Below are positions 7,711 to 18,001 of a DNA stretch of 28,734 nucleotides, in pieces. The stretch's first letter is position 1. Every line of letters begins with the position of its first letter. Location: contig JAGWBG010000001.1 in NCBI GenBank assembly GCA_021296015.1, positions 1-28,734 on the forward strand, in the 5' to 3' direction. Source of the stretch: Dehalococcoidia bacterium. Its GTDB lineage: Bacteria; Chloroflexota; Dehalococcoidia; Lucifugimonadales; JAGWBF01. The notes beneath the pieces were generated by a model that had not been told where the DNA came from, searched no databases, and worked only from the letters and a program-made list of their open reading frames with translations. A program made the translations under genes and the position numbers.

Positions 7711-7947
7711 ATGGCACAAGCAAATACAGGCTACGCCCCGGAAGCCTGTGCTCTATGTGGAGGGACAGGAGAGGTTTCAGCAAGCCCGTGTAGGCCTTGC
7801 GGGGCCCAGGGCAAAGTGTTGGTAGCGCCGCCGCCTACTATATGCGCCCAGTGTGGGGGAAAGGGAAAGCAGGGCACTTCAAGGTGCTGGAAGTGCGGCG
7901 GCTCAGGCTGGAGAGACGCACGAAAGCAAGCTGCAGCAGCGGGCTAA
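7711..7947 (+). CDS. Stand-alone DnaJ-type cysteine-rich zinc-finger protein, 78 aa
   Basis: Four CxxCxGxG-type repeats: CALCGGTG, CRPCGAQG, CAQCGGKG, CWKCGGSG. No J-domain (no HPD). Confidence 0.75.
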   Translation: MAQANTGYAPEACALCGGTGEVSASPCRPCGAQGKVLVAPPPTICAQCGGKGKQGTSRCWKCGGSGWRDARKQAAAAG

Positions 7948-8093
7948 AGGAGCCATAATTTCAAACGATACCGTCCCAACGGGTCACCTGCAACCGTGGC
8001 GCCCAATTCCACGGGGGGCCGAGGACAACAAGCGAGTCAGGTGGTCCCGTTGGCATCGCTGCTTGAGCGGGTAGCCTGCTGGCTCGACTTGAC
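7925..8093 (+). ncRNA. ssrS: Probable 6S RNA
   Basis: About 170-nt irregular rod: closing stem CAGCGGGCT(7937-45)/AGCCTGCTG(8073-81) plus CAAG/CTTG; unpaired A/U-rich bubble GAGCCATAATTTCAAAC; inner stems CGAT/ATCG, CCAACGGG/CCCGTTGG, CACCTG/CAGGTG, CCGTGG/CCACGG. AGCGGGC, GAGCC..ATTTCA.AC and AGCCTGC resemble E. coli 6S as recalled; no covariance search was run. Confidence 0.7.
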
Positions 8094-8117
8094 AGGTCTA
8101 GCAGGCCCTAGTAATAT
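8089..8117 (+). promoter_or_regulatory. Sigma70-type promoter of the SAM operon
   Basis: Perfect TTGACA (8089-94), 17-bp spacer, TAATAT (8112-17), about 35 nt upstream of the riboswitch. Confidence 0.7.
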
Positions 8118-8149
8118 GGTTTGTGAATAAAATCGCATAAAGTAAAACC

Positions 8150-8275
8150 CACCTTATCCAGAGAGGCAGAGGGAACGACCCTGAGAAGCCGGGCAACCGG
8201 TCGGGGTCATGGCAGATGTCCATGACACGACACGGTGCTAATTTCGGCCCCGAAGGTTCGGGGAAAGATGAGGGG
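8150..8275 (+). promoter_or_regulatory. SAM-I (S-box) riboswitch aptamer
   Basis: CTTATC-AGAG...GAGGG...CCC..GAA..GGCAACC...GGTGCTAATT...GAAAGATGAG; P1 CTTATC/GATGAG; directly upstream of SAM-cycle genes. Confidence 0.95.
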
Positions 8276-8290
8276 GGCTTAGTATGAATT

Positions 8291-8318
8291 AAGCTTCCTT
8301 CGCATAGGAAGCTTTTTA
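8291..8318 (+). terminator. Intrinsic terminator of the riboswitch expression platform
   Basis: AAGCTTCCT-tcgcat-AGGAAGCTT followed by T-run. The 5' arm can alternatively pair with GAGGGGGGCTT (8270-80, overlapping the P1 3' strand) as an antiterminator. Confidence 0.85.
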
Positions 8319-8351
8319 TATGCAATTTTTCATGTGCGGGGAGATGGCTTC

Positions 8352-9404
8352 ATGGCCGAGGTGAAGGCTATAGAGTGGGCCAATGGAAAGCTCAGACTTC
8401 TCGATCAGACCAAACTCCCTGTGGAGCAGACTCCCTTGGAGTTGGACCACTACAAGGAAGTAGTAAAGGCCATCGCGGAGATGCGGGTCCGCGGCGCGCC
8501 CGCCATAGGGGTCGCTGCCGCTTATGCCGTAGCCATGTCTGCCAGAGACGTCCAAGCGGAGAGCCACCGGGAATTTCTGGCCCAGCTGGCCGAGCTGGGC
8601 GACGAGATAGCCTCGGCCAGACCGACCGCCGTGAATATAACCTGGGCCGTTCAACGGATGATAGACGCAGCCGAGTCCGAGCCTGACCTGGACCTGATAA
8701 GGACACGGCTCCTCGCCGAGGCACAGCGTATCCAGGAAGAGGACGTGGAAATAAACCGGCGCATGGGTAAATATGGCGTCGAGCTTATGCCCGATGGCGG
8801 AGCAGTCCTGACCCACTGCAATACGGGAGCGCTCGCGACAGCAGGCTATGGCACGGCTTTGGGGGTAATCAGGGCCGGATGGGAAACCGGAAAGCGTTTC
8901 CACGTCTTCAATACCGAGACCCGTCCATTCCTTCAAGGTGCGCGTCTCACCTCATGGGAACTGGTGCAGTTGGGAATACCGTCCACCCTCATCGTGGACT
9001 CAAGCGCCGGGCTGCTGATGAGGCGTGGCGAGGTGAGTTGTGCCATAGTTGGCGCCGACCGCATCGCTGCCAACGGCGACGTCGCCAACAAGATAGGTAC
9101 ATACTCCCTCGCTGTGATAGCCAGAGAGAACGGCATACCCTTCTACGTGGCCGCACCGACCAGCACAGTGGACTTGAGCATACCGTCCGGTAACGAGATA
9201 CCCATCGAGGAAAGACAAGCCGAGGAGGTGACCCGGTTCGGCGGTGCGCAAACTGCTCCGGAAGGCATTGACGTTAGAAACCCCGCCTTTGACATAACAC
9301 CCCATCAGTACATCACCGCTATAGTTACCGAGAAGGGCGTAGTGCGGGAGCCTTACACCGAAAGCTTACCTGAGACCGTCAAGGGTATGCAGGTAGAATC
9401 ATGA
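8352..9404 (+). CDS. mtnA: S-methyl-5-thioribose-1-phosphate isomerase
   Basis: LLDQTKLP, MRVRGAPAIG, ARPTAVN, LTHCNTGALAT, ETRPFLQGARLTSWEL, GADRIAANGDVANKIGTY and NPAFDITP motifs. ATG 8352 chosen as start. Confidence 0.95.
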   Translation: MAEVKAIEWANGKLRLLDQTKLPVEQTPLELDHYKEVVKAIAEMRVRGAPAIGVAAAYAVAMSARDVQAESHREFLAQLAELGDEIASARPTAVNITWAVQRMIDAAESEPDLDLIRTRLLAEAQRIQEEDVEINRRMGKYGVELMPDGGAVLTHCNTGALATAGYGTALGVIRAGWETGKRFHVFNTETRPFLQGARLTSWELVQLGIPSTLIVDSSAGLLMRRGEVSCAIVGADRIAANGDVANKIGTYSLAVIARENGIPFYVAAPTSTVDLSIPSGNEIPIEERQAEEVTRFGGAQTAPEGIDVRNPAFDITPHQYITAIVTEKGVVREPYTESLPETVKGMQVES

Positions 9405-10294
9405 CTGAAGCCCGAATCGCGATAATCGGCGGCAGCGGCCTCTACGAGATGGATGCCCTGACCAACGTGCGTGAGGTGGAGATAGACACTCCCTTCGGCA
9501 ACCCCAGCGACGCCGTCATCCTTGGCGACCTGGAGGGTATGCAGGTCGCTTTTCTGGCACGCCACGGTAGAGGTCATCGCATAAATCCCACCCGACTCCC
9601 CGTCAGGGCCAACATATATGCCCTCAAGACTCTGGGAGTTGAATGGATTATATCCGTCAGTTCCGTGGGCAGCCTGAAAGAAGCTCTAAAGCCTCTGGAC
9701 TTTGTGGTCCCCGATCAGCTCATAGACCGCACCCGTCAGAGAGCGAGTACATTCTTCGACGACGGACTGGTAGCCCATATAGCCTTCGCCGATCCTTTCT
9801 GTCCGGTGCTCAGCGGCCTGCTCTACAAGAGCGCTCAGCAGACATGTACAGAGCGAAGCCGGAGCGGTGCAGACGTCGGGTCAATCCACAGGAGCGGCAC
9901 CTACGTTGTCATGGAAGGGCCTGCCTTCTCCACGAAGGCCGAAAGCGCACTCTATCGCTCATGGGACGCGGACATCATCGGCATGACCGCCCTTCCGGAG
10001 GCCAAGCTGGCACGCGAGGCGGAGATTTGCTACGCGACCCTGGCCTGTGTCACCGATTACGACTGCTGGCACGAGACCGCCGAGTCGGTAACGGTAGAGG
10101 TGGTGGTGGCGAATCTGATGAAGAATGTATCCACGGCCAAAGAAGCGTTAAGAGGAGTTTTGCCCAATATCCCGATAGAACGCTCCTGTTCCTGTGCCTC
10201 GGCTCTGAGAGATGCAATCATTACCTCAAGGGACCGCATCCCCCAAGAGCTAAAGGAAAAGATGCAGCCCATCACGGGGAAATACTTGATATAA
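9401..10294 (+). CDS. mtnP: S-methyl-5'-thioadenosine phosphorylase
   Basis: IIGGSG, TPFGNPSD, ARHGRGH, ANIYALK, EGPAFSTKAES, IGMT..PEAKLAREAEICY and VTDYDCW motifs. Confidence 0.95.
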   Translation: MTEARIAIIGGSGLYEMDALTNVREVEIDTPFGNPSDAVILGDLEGMQVAFLARHGRGHRINPTRLPVRANIYALKTLGVEWIISVSSVGSLKEALKPLDFVVPDQLIDRTRQRASTFFDDGLVAHIAFADPFCPVLSGLLYKSAQQTCTERSRSGADVGSIHRSGTYVVMEGPAFSTKAESALYRSWDADIIGMTALPEAKLAREAEICYATLACVTDYDCWHETAESVTVEVVVANLMKNVSTAKEALRGVLPNIPIERSCSCASALRDAIITSRDRIPQELKEKMQPITGKYLI

Positions 10295-10306
10295 GGAGAG
10301 ATGGTT

Positions 10307-10666
10307 ATGGCCAGGCAAGACCCTGGAGAACCCTACTTCCGCGTAGACTCGGACGAAGCCGTGGAGATTCTCCAAAGGGAGGGGAATGGCGCCGCTATAG
10401 TTGACGTGCGCCGAGACGATGAGTGGGTGACCGGACACGCCAGCAACGCAATCCACATACCCATTGACGACTTGTTGGGCAGGATGGACGAACTCCCTCA
10501 AGGAAAGAAGCTCCTGTTCATCTGTGCCGCCGGAGTGCGTAGCGGCCTGGCCTGCGAGATGGCCGCCTCCATGGGCTTCCCCAGCGAAAACCTGTACAAC
10601 GTGGAGGACGGCACGCCCACCTGGATTGAGAAGAATCACCCAACCTCCTACGGCGATGAGCCGTAG
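10307..10666 (+). CDS. Single-domain rhodanese (sulfurtransferase-like)
   Basis: IVDVR..DEW..GHA..AIHIP, active-site loop CAAGVRS; AAGGAG RBS spacing favours ATG 10307. Confidence 0.85.
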   Translation: MARQDPGEPYFRVDSDEAVEILQREGNGAAIVDVRRDDEWVTGHASNAIHIPIDDLLGRMDELPQGKKLLFICAAGVRSGLACEMAASMGFPSENLYNVEDGTPTWIEKNHPTSYGDEP

Positions 10667-10760
10667 GCAAAAGCACCGAGACTTATATCGCGTATTTCAG
10701 GGCTGCGGCCAATGCAGCCCAAACTCCGGTAAGCCCTATATCGTAAAGTGAGAACCAACC

Positions 10761-11732
10761 ATGACCATACTTGTAGTAGGATCAGTGGCCTACGACTCGG
10801 TAGCCACTGCCCAGGGTAGCAGACAGGATGCCCTGGGCGGGTCAGCCACCTATTTCTCCTTATCGGGCAGCAACTTCGCTAAAGTGGGAATCGTAGCGGT
10901 GGTTGGAGACGACTTCAGGACGGAGGACGTGGAGCTTTTGAAGTCCCACCACGTGGATACTTCCGGACTCAAGACATCTCGCGGCAAGACCTTCCGATGG
11001 GCGGGGGAATACGACGCGAGGGACGTGAACATCCGCCAGACCCTGGATACCCAGCTAAACGTATTCGCCGACTTCGAGCCAGAGCTAACCCAGGAGCAAC
11101 GTTAACAGCCCTACCTCTACCTGGCAAACATTGACCCGGAGCTTCAACTCAAGGTGCTTGAACAGATGGACGAGCGGCCCAGGCTGGTGGCCGCCGATAC
11201 GATGAACTTCTGGATAGACGGCAAGAGGGATGCCCTCACCGAGGTCGTGAAGGCGGTGGACGTTCTGTTCATGGATGAGAATGAGACTCGTATGTTCGCC
11301 GCCCCTCATGTCAACAGTGCAAATACAGTAAAAGCGGCCAGGTACATCCTGAGCCTGGGACCAAGAATGGTCATGATCAAGAGGGGCGATCACGGAGTGA
11401 TGCAGTTCACGGAGGATTCGATTTTCGTTGCTCCGGCTTATCCCCTTGAGAACGTGGTAGACCCCACAGGAGCGGGAGACTCGTTCGCCGGAGGGTTCAT
11501 GGGATACCTGGCGGCAACGGGAGACCTGAGCCAATCGGCCTTCCACAGGGCCACCGTGTTGGGTTCGGTCATGGGTTCCTTCGCAGTGGAGCACTTCAGC
11601 GTAGAGCGATTGTGCTCTCTGACACGTCCCGAGCTCACCAACCGGTTCCGCGAGTTCTCCCAACTGAGCCAGTTCGATGCTCTGAGGGATGACGAGACGC
11701 TGCCCTGGCATGAGAATACTGGTCCCGAATAA
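10761..11732 (+). pseudogene. PfkB/ribokinase-family kinase (adenosine-kinase-like by context) interrupted by an in-frame TAA at codon 115
   Basis: ORFs 10761..11105 and 11154..11732 are in one frame; read-through gives ...QEQR*QPYLYLANIDPELQ... Motifs VVGSVAYD, LGGSATY, DTMNFWI and DPTGAGDSFAGG are present. Confidence 0.8.
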
Positions 11733-11819
11733 GTGAGTCCGCCTCACCCTCGAATGCCCAGACCGAAAGATGCGGGCGACCGAAGGCCGGGGGTGAAGGG
11801 GCCACAAACAAAACATTAA

Positions 11820-13109
<1,290 letters not shown>

Positions 13110-13133
13110 TATATAACGAGGAGGAACTGTACA

Positions 13134-14357
13134 ATGGCTTTTACCTTTATGGACTCAGCACGTTATCTCCTGACCTCGGAGTCGGTTACGGAGGGACACC
13201 CAGACAAGCTATGTGACCAGATTTCCGATGCAGTCCTTGACTCCATCCTTGGCCAGGACCCGGAAGGCAGGGTCGCATGTGAAACATGCACCACAACCGG
13301 CCTGGTAGTGGTCATGGGGGAGATAACCACCAACTGTTACGTGGACATTCCATCTCTGGTGCGGGATGCTCTGAAAGCGGCAGGCTACGTTCACGCCGAT
13401 TACGGCATTGACTACAAAAGCTGCGGGGTTATGGTCTCCATCAAGGAGCAGTCAAAAGATATAGACGCCGGAGTGAGCCGCTCTCTGGAGCTTCGTGAGG
13501 GGGCAGGGAGCGACAACGGCCATGAGGATAAGCTCAGTATAGGGGCCGGGGACCAGGGAATGATGGTGGGGTTCGCCTGCAACGAGACCCCGGAACTGAT
13601 GCCCCTGACGGTAAGTCTGTCCCACAAGCTTACAAAGCAGCTAGCCAAGGTAAGGAAGGACGGTGTACTGGAATACCTGCGGCCCGACGGCAAATCCCAG
13701 GTTACGGTGGAGTACAACTATGGCGTGCCCAAGCGCGTAGATACCGTGGTCATAAGCGCTCAACATGATCCTGATACCAACAATGAGGACATAAAGAAAG
13801 ACATCATGGAGCATGTCATAAAGAGCGTGATACCCGAGGAGCTTATGGACTCCGAGACCCAATACCTCATCAACCCCAGTGGAAGGTTCGTCACTGGCGG
13901 GCCCGAGGGGGATGCCGGACTCACCGGGCGGAAGATACTGGTGGATACCTACGGCGGGATAGCCCGACACGGCGGGGGCGCTTTCTCAGGAAAGGACCCG
14001 ACGAAGGTGGACCGCTCCGGGGCCTACGCTGCCCGGTACGTTGCCAAAAACATAGTGGCAGCAGGGCTGGCCGACAGAGCGGAAGTATTGGTGTCTTATG
14101 CCATCGGCAAGGCCGAGCCAACCTCCATAAGCGTGGAGACCTTCGGCACCGGCAAGGTAGATGACGACGTCATAAGCGAACTGGCGTTAAAACACTTTGA
14201 CCTGAGACCCGCGGCCATAATAGAGAACCTGCACCTGAGAAGGCCCATCTACAAGGGCACCGCAGCCTATGGTCACTTCGGGCGCGAGGACCTGGACCTG
14301 CCCTGGGAGCGCACGGACAAGGCTGCCATTCTCAGGTCGGAGGCAGGCCTGAGCTAG
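13134..14357 (+). CDS. metK: S-adenosylmethionine synthetase
   Basis: [61 protein letters not shown] motifs. Confidence 0.97.
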   Translation: MAFTFMDSARYLLTSESVTEGHPDKLCDQISDAVLDSILGQDPEGRVACETCTTTGLVVVMGEITTNCYVDIPSLVRDALKAAGYVHADYGIDYKSCGVMVSIKEQSKDIDAGVSRSLELREGAGSDNGHEDKLSIGAGDQGMMVGFACNETPELMPLTVSLSHKLTKQLAKVRKDGVLEYLRPDGKSQVTVEYNYGVPKRVDTVVISAQHDPDTNNEDIKKDIMEHVIKSVIPEELMDSETQYLINPSGRFVTGGPEGDAGLTGRKILVDTYGGIARHGGGAFSGKDPTKVDRSGAYAARYVAKNIVAAGLADRAEVLVSYAIGKAEPTSISVETFGTGKVDDDVISELALKHFDLRPAAIIENLHLRRPIYKGTAAYGHFGREDLDLPWERTDKAAILRSEAGLS

Positions 14358-14382
14358 AATAAATAGGACTCAAATACCCTGG

Positions 14383-14396
14383 GCGCTCGGAATGAC
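14383..14396. repeat. Half-copy (right arm) of the REP-like element
   Basis: GCGCTCGGAATGAC is identical to 3048-3061; intergenic between metK and the mutase. Confidence 0.55.
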
Positions 14397-14459
14397 ACAG
14401 AGTTATCTCTAGGCCCTAAATCGCGGCGAAAGCTCAGCATAATCTCACAGGAGTCTGAG

Positions 14460-15887
14460 ATGGCGATAATCCGGTTCGGGACGGACGGGTGGCGCGGCCT
14501 CATCGCCCGAGACTTCACCTTCGACAACGTAGCCCTATGCGCCCAGGGAGTAGCCAGCTACCTGCACAAGGAGGGAAGGGCCGGGGATGGCCTCGTCGTC
14601 GGCTACGACACACGTTTCGCTTCCCGGGAGTTTGCCGGCCTGGTAGCGGAGGTCATGGCCGGAAATGGCATCGTCACCTTCCTTTCCGACAGGGCCGCTC
14701 CCACCCCGGTGGTGAGCTATAACATTCTGCACCATAAAGCCGCAGGCGCAGCCATTATAACCGCAAGCCACAATCCGGCCCTTTGGAACGGATTCAAGTA
14801 CAAACCCGACTACGCCGGCAGCGCCAGCCCCGAGGTAACCGCACGGCTGGAGCAGGAGATTGAGCGGGCGGAGACCGATGGTGTAAGCTCAATGCCACTA
14901 CACAAGGCCGGGGACGAGGGGCTTGTGCAAATCATAGACCCGACGCCTCCGTACCTGGAGCAGATTGCCCGTCTTGTGGATATAGAAGCCATCTCCGGTG
15001 CGGGCCTTAGCATAGTGGTAGACGCCATGCACGGAGCGGGGGCGGGTTACTTGCGTTCAATTCTTCCCCAGAGCAGGGATAGGAGCATGGTATTTGAGAT
15101 AAACGGTGAGCGTAACCCGGCCTTCCCCGGTATGGAGCGGCCCGAACCAATAGCGGCCAATCTGGCGTCCCTCTCTCATACGGTGGTCGAAAAAGGGGCA
15201 GACGTGGGTATCGCCTTCGATGGCGACGCCGACAGGGTGGGGATAATTGATGAGAAAGGAACCTTCATCACCACACTCGAGGCTTTCGCCTTGCTCGCTC
15301 TCTATCTCCTGGAGATAAAAGAGGACAAGGGAGCCCTGGTGAAGTCCTTGACTTCCACCAGTATGGTCTACAGGTTGGGGGAGATTTATGACGTGCCCGT
15401 CTTTGAGACGGCAGTGGGATTCAAGTACATCTGTCCCATCATGTTGCGAGAAAACGCCCTTATGGGTGGCGAGGAAAGCGGAGGCTACGGCTTTCGGGGT
15501 CACATACCGGAGCGCGATGGTATACTGAGCGGCCTTCTGCTGCTGGAGTACATGGCGAAGACGGGTAAGCGTCCGTCGGAGCTTATGGAGCATCTGTTTG
15601 AGGTAGTAGGTCCCCATCACTACCAACGCCGCGACATCTCCTTTCCTCCTGAGGACAGGGAAAGCCTTCAAAGCAAGCTGGAGAGCGGCGACCTGAACGA
15701 GGTGGCCGGAATGCCCGTAGTATCCGCCGACTCCATAGACGGTCGGCGGTTCAAGTTCTCCTCCAACGTCTGGCTCCTGGTCCGATTCTCAGGCACCGAA
15801 CCCCTGCTCCGAATATACGCCGAGGCGGAGAGTCCGAAGAAGGTTGGGCAGCTTCTGGACGGTGCTGAGGCCTTTCTGGGACTCTGA
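14460..15887 (+). CDS. Phosphoglucomutase/phosphomannomutase family protein
   Basis: FGTDGWRG, TASHNP (phosphoserine), DGDADR (metal), GFKY, GEESGG and RFSGTEP motifs. Confidence 0.92.
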   Translation: MAIIRFGTDGWRGLIARDFTFDNVALCAQGVASYLHKEGRAGDGLVVGYDTRFASREFAGLVAEVMAGNGIVTFLSDRAAPTPVVSYNILHHKAAGAAIITASHNPALWNGFKYKPDYAGSASPEVTARLEQEIERAETDGVSSMPLHKAGDEGLVQIIDPTPPYLEQIARLVDIEAISGAGLSIVVDAMHGAGAGYLRSILPQSRDRSMVFEINGERNPAFPGMERPEPIAANLASLSHTVVEKGADVGIAFDGDADRVGIIDEKGTFITTLEAFALLALYLLEIKEDKGALVKSLTSTSMVYRLGEIYDVPVFETAVGFKYICPIMLRENALMGGEESGGYGFRGHIPERDGILSGLLLLEYMAKTGKRPSELMEHLFEVVGPHHYQRRDISFPPEDRESLQSKLESGDLNEVAGMPVVSADSIDGRRFKFSSNVWLLVRFSGTEPLLRIYAEAESPKKVGQLLDGAEAFLGL

Positions 15888-15974
15888 AATGGACCTTCCA
15901 CAGTTCCGTTCCAGAATCCTATCCATGGAGTGGGAGCGGTCCGCAAGCGCTCCCACGGAAAGGACGGTAGATAG

Positions 15975-17075
15975 ATGCCCGATGAATTAGTCCCAGAAGG
16001 TGCTGCTCTCGCCAAACCCCTTGATGATCCGTCCCTTTATCCCGGATTGGACCCCACCAACCTGAGACATAGGCTACGAGATTTCCCCGACCAGTGCAGG
16101 ACCGCTTGGGCCGAAGCTTCCGCTTTCAGCTTGCCCCCCAGCTATGCAGGGGCGCGGCGGGTGGTAGTGGCCGGCATGGGCGGCTCGGCCATCGGCGGGG
16201 ACCTGCTGGCCGACCTGGCTTCCCTTGAGGACTCCCCCCCCATAGTCGTCTCCCGGGACTACCGGATTCCCGGGTACGTGGACGAGGATACCCTGGTGCT
16301 GGCATGCAGCTACTCGGGCGAGACAGAAGAGACCATATCCGCCTTCCGCCAAGCCTTATCCCAGGGCGCGAAGGTCGTGGCCGTAACCGGAGGCGGAACG
16401 CTGGCCGCCGAGGCGCAGGAGCACGATGTACCTGTGTTCAGAGTAACGTACAAGGGCGAGCCCAGAAGCGCCCTTGGCTATAGCTTCATTGTACCTGCGG
16501 TCTTGCTCATGAAGCTTGGTCTTGTGTCCGACAAGGCGCGGGACTTTGATGAAGCAATGCCGATTCTGGATGGTCTGGTGCCGGAACTGGCTGAAGGGTG
16601 CCCTTCTACCGGCAACGCCGCCAAAGCGTTGGCAGCAGACCTCCTTGACAAGCTTGTTGATATCTATGGCGCGGGTATCTTCCACGGCGTGGCCCGCAGG
16701 TGGAAAACCCAGTTCAACGAGAACTCCAAGGTATGGTCCGCTTTCGAATCACTGCCGGAGGCACACCACAACTCGGTGGTAGGATACCCACTGCCGGCCG
16801 GGGTGAAAGACCGCACCTTCGTCCTCCTTCTGACGCCAGGTCACTTGCATCCGAGGACACGTCTCAGATACGAGATTACCCACAGCCTTTTGGAGAGAGA
16901 GGCCATCCACAGGAGGAGGCTGGAGGGTCGGGGTGAAGGCCCCCTTAGCCAGATGCTCAGTACCATCCTTCTGGGAGACTACGTGAGCTATTACCTGGCA
17001 CTGCTCCAGGGTATCAACCCCTCTCCGGTCTCGGTTATAGACTACGTCAAGGAGCGATTGACCAACCCGACCTAG
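15975..17075 (+). CDS. Bifunctional phosphoglucose/phosphomannose isomerase (PGI/PMI family)
   Basis: GMGGSAIGG, SYSGETEET, TGGG.L, RWKTQFNENSK and PEAHHN motifs. Confidence 0.9.
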   Translation: MPDELVPEGAALAKPLDDPSLYPGLDPTNLRHRLRDFPDQCRTAWAEASAFSLPPSYAGARRVVVAGMGGSAIGGDLLADLASLEDSPPIVVSRDYRIPGYVDEDTLVLACSYSGETEETISAFRQALSQGAKVVAVTGGGTLAAEAQEHDVPVFRVTYKGEPRSALGYSFIVPAVLLMKLGLVSDKARDFDEAMPILDGLVPELAEGCPSTGNAAKALAADLLDKLVDIYGAGIFHGVARRWKTQFNENSKVWSAFESLPEAHHNSVVGYPLPAGVKDRTFVLLLTPGHLHPRTRLRYEITHSLLEREAIHRRRLEGRGEGPLSQMLSTILLGDYVSYYLALLQGINPSPVSVIDYVKERLTNPT

Positions 17076-17103
17076 CGACACGCCGATTGCCCTTCTCGGG
17101 CAG

Positions 17104-17532
17104 CTACCGCTTGGTGTACTGAGGGGCGCGGCGGGCCCGCTTCAAGCCGTACTTCTTGCTTTCCTTGATCCTGGCATCTCGCGTCAGAAGCCCGAACTTG
17201 CGTAGAGTGGGCTTGAAAGCCTCGTCGAAGACCACCAGCGCCCTGGAAATACCGTGTCGTATAGCCTGGGACTGGGCTGATACTCCCCCTCCCTCCACGT
17301 TGGCAACAATACGGAACCTGTCGAGGGATTCCGTCACTCGGAGGGGTTCCTGTACCGCCGCTTGCCAGGTGGGCCATGGGAAAAACTCCTCAAGGGGCTT
17401 TCCGTTGACCTGCACCCGGACAGACGGCCCGGGTTCCCCGGAGCCAAGGTTCTGGTACAGTCGCACCTTTGCGATAGCCGTCTTGCGCTTACCTGTACCG
17501 TAATAGTATTGCTGAGTAGCTTCCTGTACCAA
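17104..17532 (-). CDS. rpsI: 30S ribosomal protein S9
   Basis: GTGKRKTAIAKV, GGGVSAQSQAIRHGISRAL and KKYGLKRARRAPQYTKR motifs. Confidence 0.97.
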   Translation of the reverse strand: MVQEATQQYYYGTGKRKTAIAKVRLYQNLGSGEPGPSVRVQVNGKPLEEFFPWPTWQAAVQEPLRVTESLDRFRIVANVEGGGVSAQSQAIRHGISRALVVFDEAFKPTLRKFGLLTRDARIKESKKYGLKRARRAPQYTKR

Positions 17533-17548
17533 GGGTTACTTACCTCCC

Positions 17549-18001
17549 TTAGCTGTCTTCACCCTCAACGGAGGGCGGTCTGGCTATTTGAGCCTGATGG
17601 GGATGTGTATCACCGCTGTAGACCTTCAGCCGCTTGAGCATTTCTCTGCCCAGTTTATTCCGGGGCAACATTCCCTTCACGGCCATTTGCACCACCCGTT
17701 CCGGGTGTGTCTCCATCACGTCGCGCAAGATGAAGGTCTTCAGATTACCTATGTAACCGCTGTGCCGGTAGTAGGTCTTTTGGGTTAGCTTCCTGCCAGT
17801 GAGCCTTACCTTGGATGCGTTCACTATCACCACGTAGCCGCCGGTCAGCGTATGCGGCGTATAGTCAGGTCTGTCCTTGCCTTGCAGTGTCCTTGAGACA
17901 CGGGTGGCGAGCCTGCCAAGGGTCTGTCCAGTGGCATCTATCAGATGCCACTCAGGCTTAACATCCGCTGGCTTCGCCATATAGGTCTTATCCCGCTTCA
18001 T
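17549..18001 (-). CDS. rplM: 50S ribosomal protein L13
   Basis: WHLIDA.GQTLGRLA, KDRPDYTPH, YRHSGYIG and GMLPRNKLGR motifs; GGAGG RBS before ATG 18001. Confidence 0.97.
   Translation of the reverse strand: MKRDKTYMAKPADVKPEWHLIDATGQTLGRLATRVSRTLQGKDRPDYTPHTLTGGYVVIVNASKVRLTGRKLTQKTYYRHSGYIGNLKTFILRDVMETHPERVVQMAVKGMLPRNKLGREMLKRLKVYSGDTHPHQAQIARPPSVEGEDS

Noticed and set aside
10700-10720. GGGCTGC/GCAGCCC 7-bp hairpin between the rhodanese and pfkB
   Set aside because: No U-tract on either strand, so it is not called a terminator; at most an mRNA-stabilising stem.
11103-11105. Third recoded (Sec/Pyl) gene
   Set aside because: The codon is TAA, is not at a Cys position, and no SECIS-like hairpin was noted.
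11742-11800. SAH or SAM-III riboswitch call upstream of ahcY
   Set aside because: Conserved cores of those classes are absent; kept only as an unclassified structure.
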